DNA of 64,000 bases from Octopus bimaculoides. Lineage: Eukaryota. Made by a program: the position numbers and the translations under genes. The DNA lies in contig NC_068983.1 in NCBI RefSeq assembly GCF_001194135.2, forward strand, positions 19,975,366-20,039,365, given 5' to 3'. Below the pieces are notes generated by a model. It made no database searches. It was not told where the DNA came from and saw only the letters and a program-made list of their open reading frames with translations. The first letter of the stretch is position 1; every line of letters starts with the position of its first letter. Shown one piece after another: positions 61,420 to 64,000 of this stretch.

Positions 61420-61954
61420 CGTATATGGATATGTGTATATGTATGCACATATACATATATGTGTGTGTATATATACGTATATATGTATATATTCATAACT
61501 ATATATGCATATACTTATTTCAACATGAATGTATACGCAAACACACATACATATTTGTCCTTTCGTGCTTGAACATATATGTCTATGTGGGTGTGTATTT
61601 AATTATGTATAAAAATAGAAACACACACACACACACACACAGAAAACCCAAGCGCACACATGCACACAGAAATATGGCCGGGAATATGCATGAGCGAATA
61701 TTGTATTTTATGTAAAGGATATATCTGTTAGTGTGAGCCTGTGCTATGGAAGACCAGCAAGTCTTAAATTTAAAATGTAATTATTTCATTTCGATATTTA
61801 TACTAAATTTTAGACGCAAAAACTAGAAGGCATTAAATTTCTTGTAAAGTTGGCTATATTTGACAATAACATATGTCCTCATTAGTCTAAATTTGAGTGG
61901 AATTGGTGCACGCATTTGATGATGGGGTAGTTGTTTTATTGTTGATGCTGCAGC

Positions 61955-61960
61955 GGCTGT

Positions 61961-62019
<59 letters not shown>

Positions 62020-62376
62020 GTGATTACCATGATGAAGGTGGTGATAATGTGACGACAACTATGTAGTTAAGGATGACGATGATGATAACAATGACAATAA
62101 TGACGAAGATGATGTTGATGATGATGTAGATGACGACGACGACGACGACGTCGATGATGATGAGGATTATGAGGATGATGTCGATGATGGTGACGGTAAC
62201 GGTGATGATGATGATGAGGAGGAGGAGGAATAAGACGAGGAGGAGGAGGAATAAGAGGAGGAGGAGGAAGAGGATTAAGAGTAGGAGGAATAAGAGGAGG
62301 AGGAGGAGGAGGAGGAGGAATAAGGGGAGGAGGAGGAGGAATAAGACGAGGAGGAGGAGGAATAACACGAGGAGGA
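61955..62376. repeat. (GAT)n/(GAC)n/(GAG)n-AATAA low-complexity array
   Basis: Directly visible and running into a gap. It explains the poly-M/R/L ORFs. Confidence 0.92.
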
Positions 62377-63004
62377 NNNNNNNNNNNNNNNNNNNNNNNN
62401 NNNNNNNNNNNNNNNNNNNNNNNNNNNNNNNNNNNNNNNNNNNNNNNNNNNNNNNNNNNNNNNNNNNNNNNNNNNNNNNNNNNNNNNNNNNNNNNNNNNN
62501 NNNNNNNNNNNNNNNNNNNNNNNNNNNNNNNNNNNNNNNNNNNNNNNNNNNNNNNNNNNNNNNNNNNNNNNNNNNNNNNNNNNNNNNNNNNNNNNNNNNN
62601 NNNNNNNNNNNNNNNNNNNNNNNNNNNNNNNNNNNNNNNNNNNNNNNNNNNNNNNNNNNNNNNNNNNNNNNNNNNNNNNNNNNNNNNNNNNNNNNNNNNN
62701 NNNNNNNNNNNNNNNNNNNNNNNNNNNNNNNNNNNNNNNNNNNNNNNNNNNNNNNNNNNNNNNNNNNNNNNNNNNNNNNNNNNNNNNNNNNNNNNNNNNN
62801 NNNNNNNNNNNNNNNNNNNNNNNNNNNNNNNNGCTTTTGTTGTTCCCCTTCTTCTAATGTGGATTTTCTGGCATTGAATTTGCTTTCGTTGTGGTTGTTA
62901 AAATTTTCCATGCTTTTAGTAGGAATCAATAACATATTTTATTTTGGTCGAATCACTCTCTTGCTACACCGAGTTCCACATGAAATGCATTATACTTACT
63001 GAGA

Positions 63005-63240
63005 AAGGCGGCGAGCTGGCAGAAACGTTAGCACGCTGGGCGAAATGCCTCGCGGTATTTCGTCTGCCGCTACGTTCTGAGTTCAAATTCCGCCGAGATC
63101 GACTTTGCTTTTCATCCTTTCGGGGTCGATAAATAAAGTACCAGTTACGCACTGGGGTCGATGTAATCAAGTTAATCCCTTTCTCTGTCCTTTTTTTGTC
63201 CCCTCTATGTTTAGCCCCTTGTGGGCAATAAAGAAATAAG
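63005..63240 (+). mobile_element. SINE family A, full length (unit 1 of a tandem trimer)
   Basis: GGCGGCGAGCTGGCAGAAACGTTAGC...GTTCTGAGTTCAAATTCCGCC...GACTTTGCTTTTCATCCTTTCGGGGTCGATAAATAAAGTACCAG...GTGGGCAATAAAGAAATAA. Confidence 0.95.
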
Positions 63241-63454
63241 AAACGTTAGCGTGCCGGGCGAAATGCTTAGCGGTATTTCGTCTGCCGTTACGTTCTGAGT
63301 TCAAATTCCGCCGAGGTCGACTTTGCTTTTCATCCTTTCGGGGTCGATAAATAAAGTATCGGTTACGCACTGGGATCGATGTAATCGACTTAATCGCTTT
63401 GTCTGTCCTTGTTGGTCCCCTCTATATCTAGCCCCTTGTGGGCAATAGAGAAAT
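63241..63454 (+). mobile_element. SINE family A, unit 2 (starts at AAACGTTAGC)
   Basis: Highly similar to unit 1 from 63023 onward. Confidence 0.95.
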
Positions 63455-63495
63455 AAACGTTAGCACGCCGGGAGAAATGATTAGCGGTATTTCGT
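63455..63495 (+). mobile_element. SINE family A, unit 3 (starts at AAACGTTAGC, truncated)
   Basis: AAACGTTAGCACGCCGGGAGAAATGATTAGCGGTATTTCGT, then unrelated sequence. Confidence 0.9.
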
Positions 63496-64000
63496 GCGTG
63501 ATCACAGATCACGCGTATGCGTGTATGTCTACCCCTTCATTTTATGAAGGACCTTTACGAAAAGCGAATCCACCTGTAACATCCTACATGGTTACATGTA
63601 TAAAATCTAATTATTTTGAGTATAATATTAACATTCTATAGATTTAAGCTTCGCATATTAAAGATTATTTCCAAACGCCCTTCTTTTGTATGTGCATTAT
63701 GACCATGTACTATATTTTCGTGCTATATCGAATTTAATTAACAAATGTAGAGTAGATTGTATAGTTACAGTAAATTTTCAACTTGTAGGGAATACATATA
63801 TACAAACACCGTTGCAAAGAACGCCACTTTAATTATAAAAATTGGAAAACAAGACAAGTAATACAAAGAACGACCCTTCATCAGTTATCGGCTGTCTATC
63901 TACTCCCCATTTAGAGTAATCAAGGACAATATGAGTCTTCAAAGACAGTTGCTTCCATAAATACCAAAATGAAATTTTGGATTTATGGACGGTCAAAGTT

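Noticed and set aside
938-63002. Long ORFs (150-412 aa) in the supplied track
   Set aside because: They are open only because they cross N-gaps or stop-free microsatellites (YI, HT, CV, LS, LSIY, poly-R repeats).
63005-63495. CRISPR-like repeat array
   Set aside because: The units are ~215 bp contiguous SINE copies with no unique spacers, there are no cas genes, and the context is eukaryotic.

Overview
Eukaryotic, AT-rich, repeat-dominated genomic DNA from a short-read scaffold. It has 24 N-gaps totalling about 8.8 kb, most of them flanked by microsatellites. The repeat landscape (several tRNA-derived SINE families, dense (TA)n/(CA)n/(GATA)n/(CATA)n/(TAGG)n tracts) looks like an Octopus genome; this is inference, not a database match. 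There is no prokaryotic system, rRNA, intact tRNA or CRISPR array, and almost all supplied ORFs are artefacts of N-runs or microsatellites. Well supported: a decayed Helitron (PIF1 helicase plus 3' hairpin-CTAG, 53.4-54.9 kb), a fold-back mariner derivative (36.1-37.1 kb), three small Tc1/mariner-type MITEs, CR1-like and L1/Tx1-like LINE fragments, and more than 30 SINE copies in families I label A, B, C and E. The most interesting signal is that several unrelated repeats carry minimal, Penelope/retrozyme-style hammerhead-ribozyme folds, all apparently decayed. One such hammerhead tail is shared by a tRNA-like head and a different head. There are also several long fold-back structures, a phased head-to-tail SINE trimer, and low-to-moderate-confidence exons of an unidentified + strand host gene (best candidate 39.8-40.1 kb).
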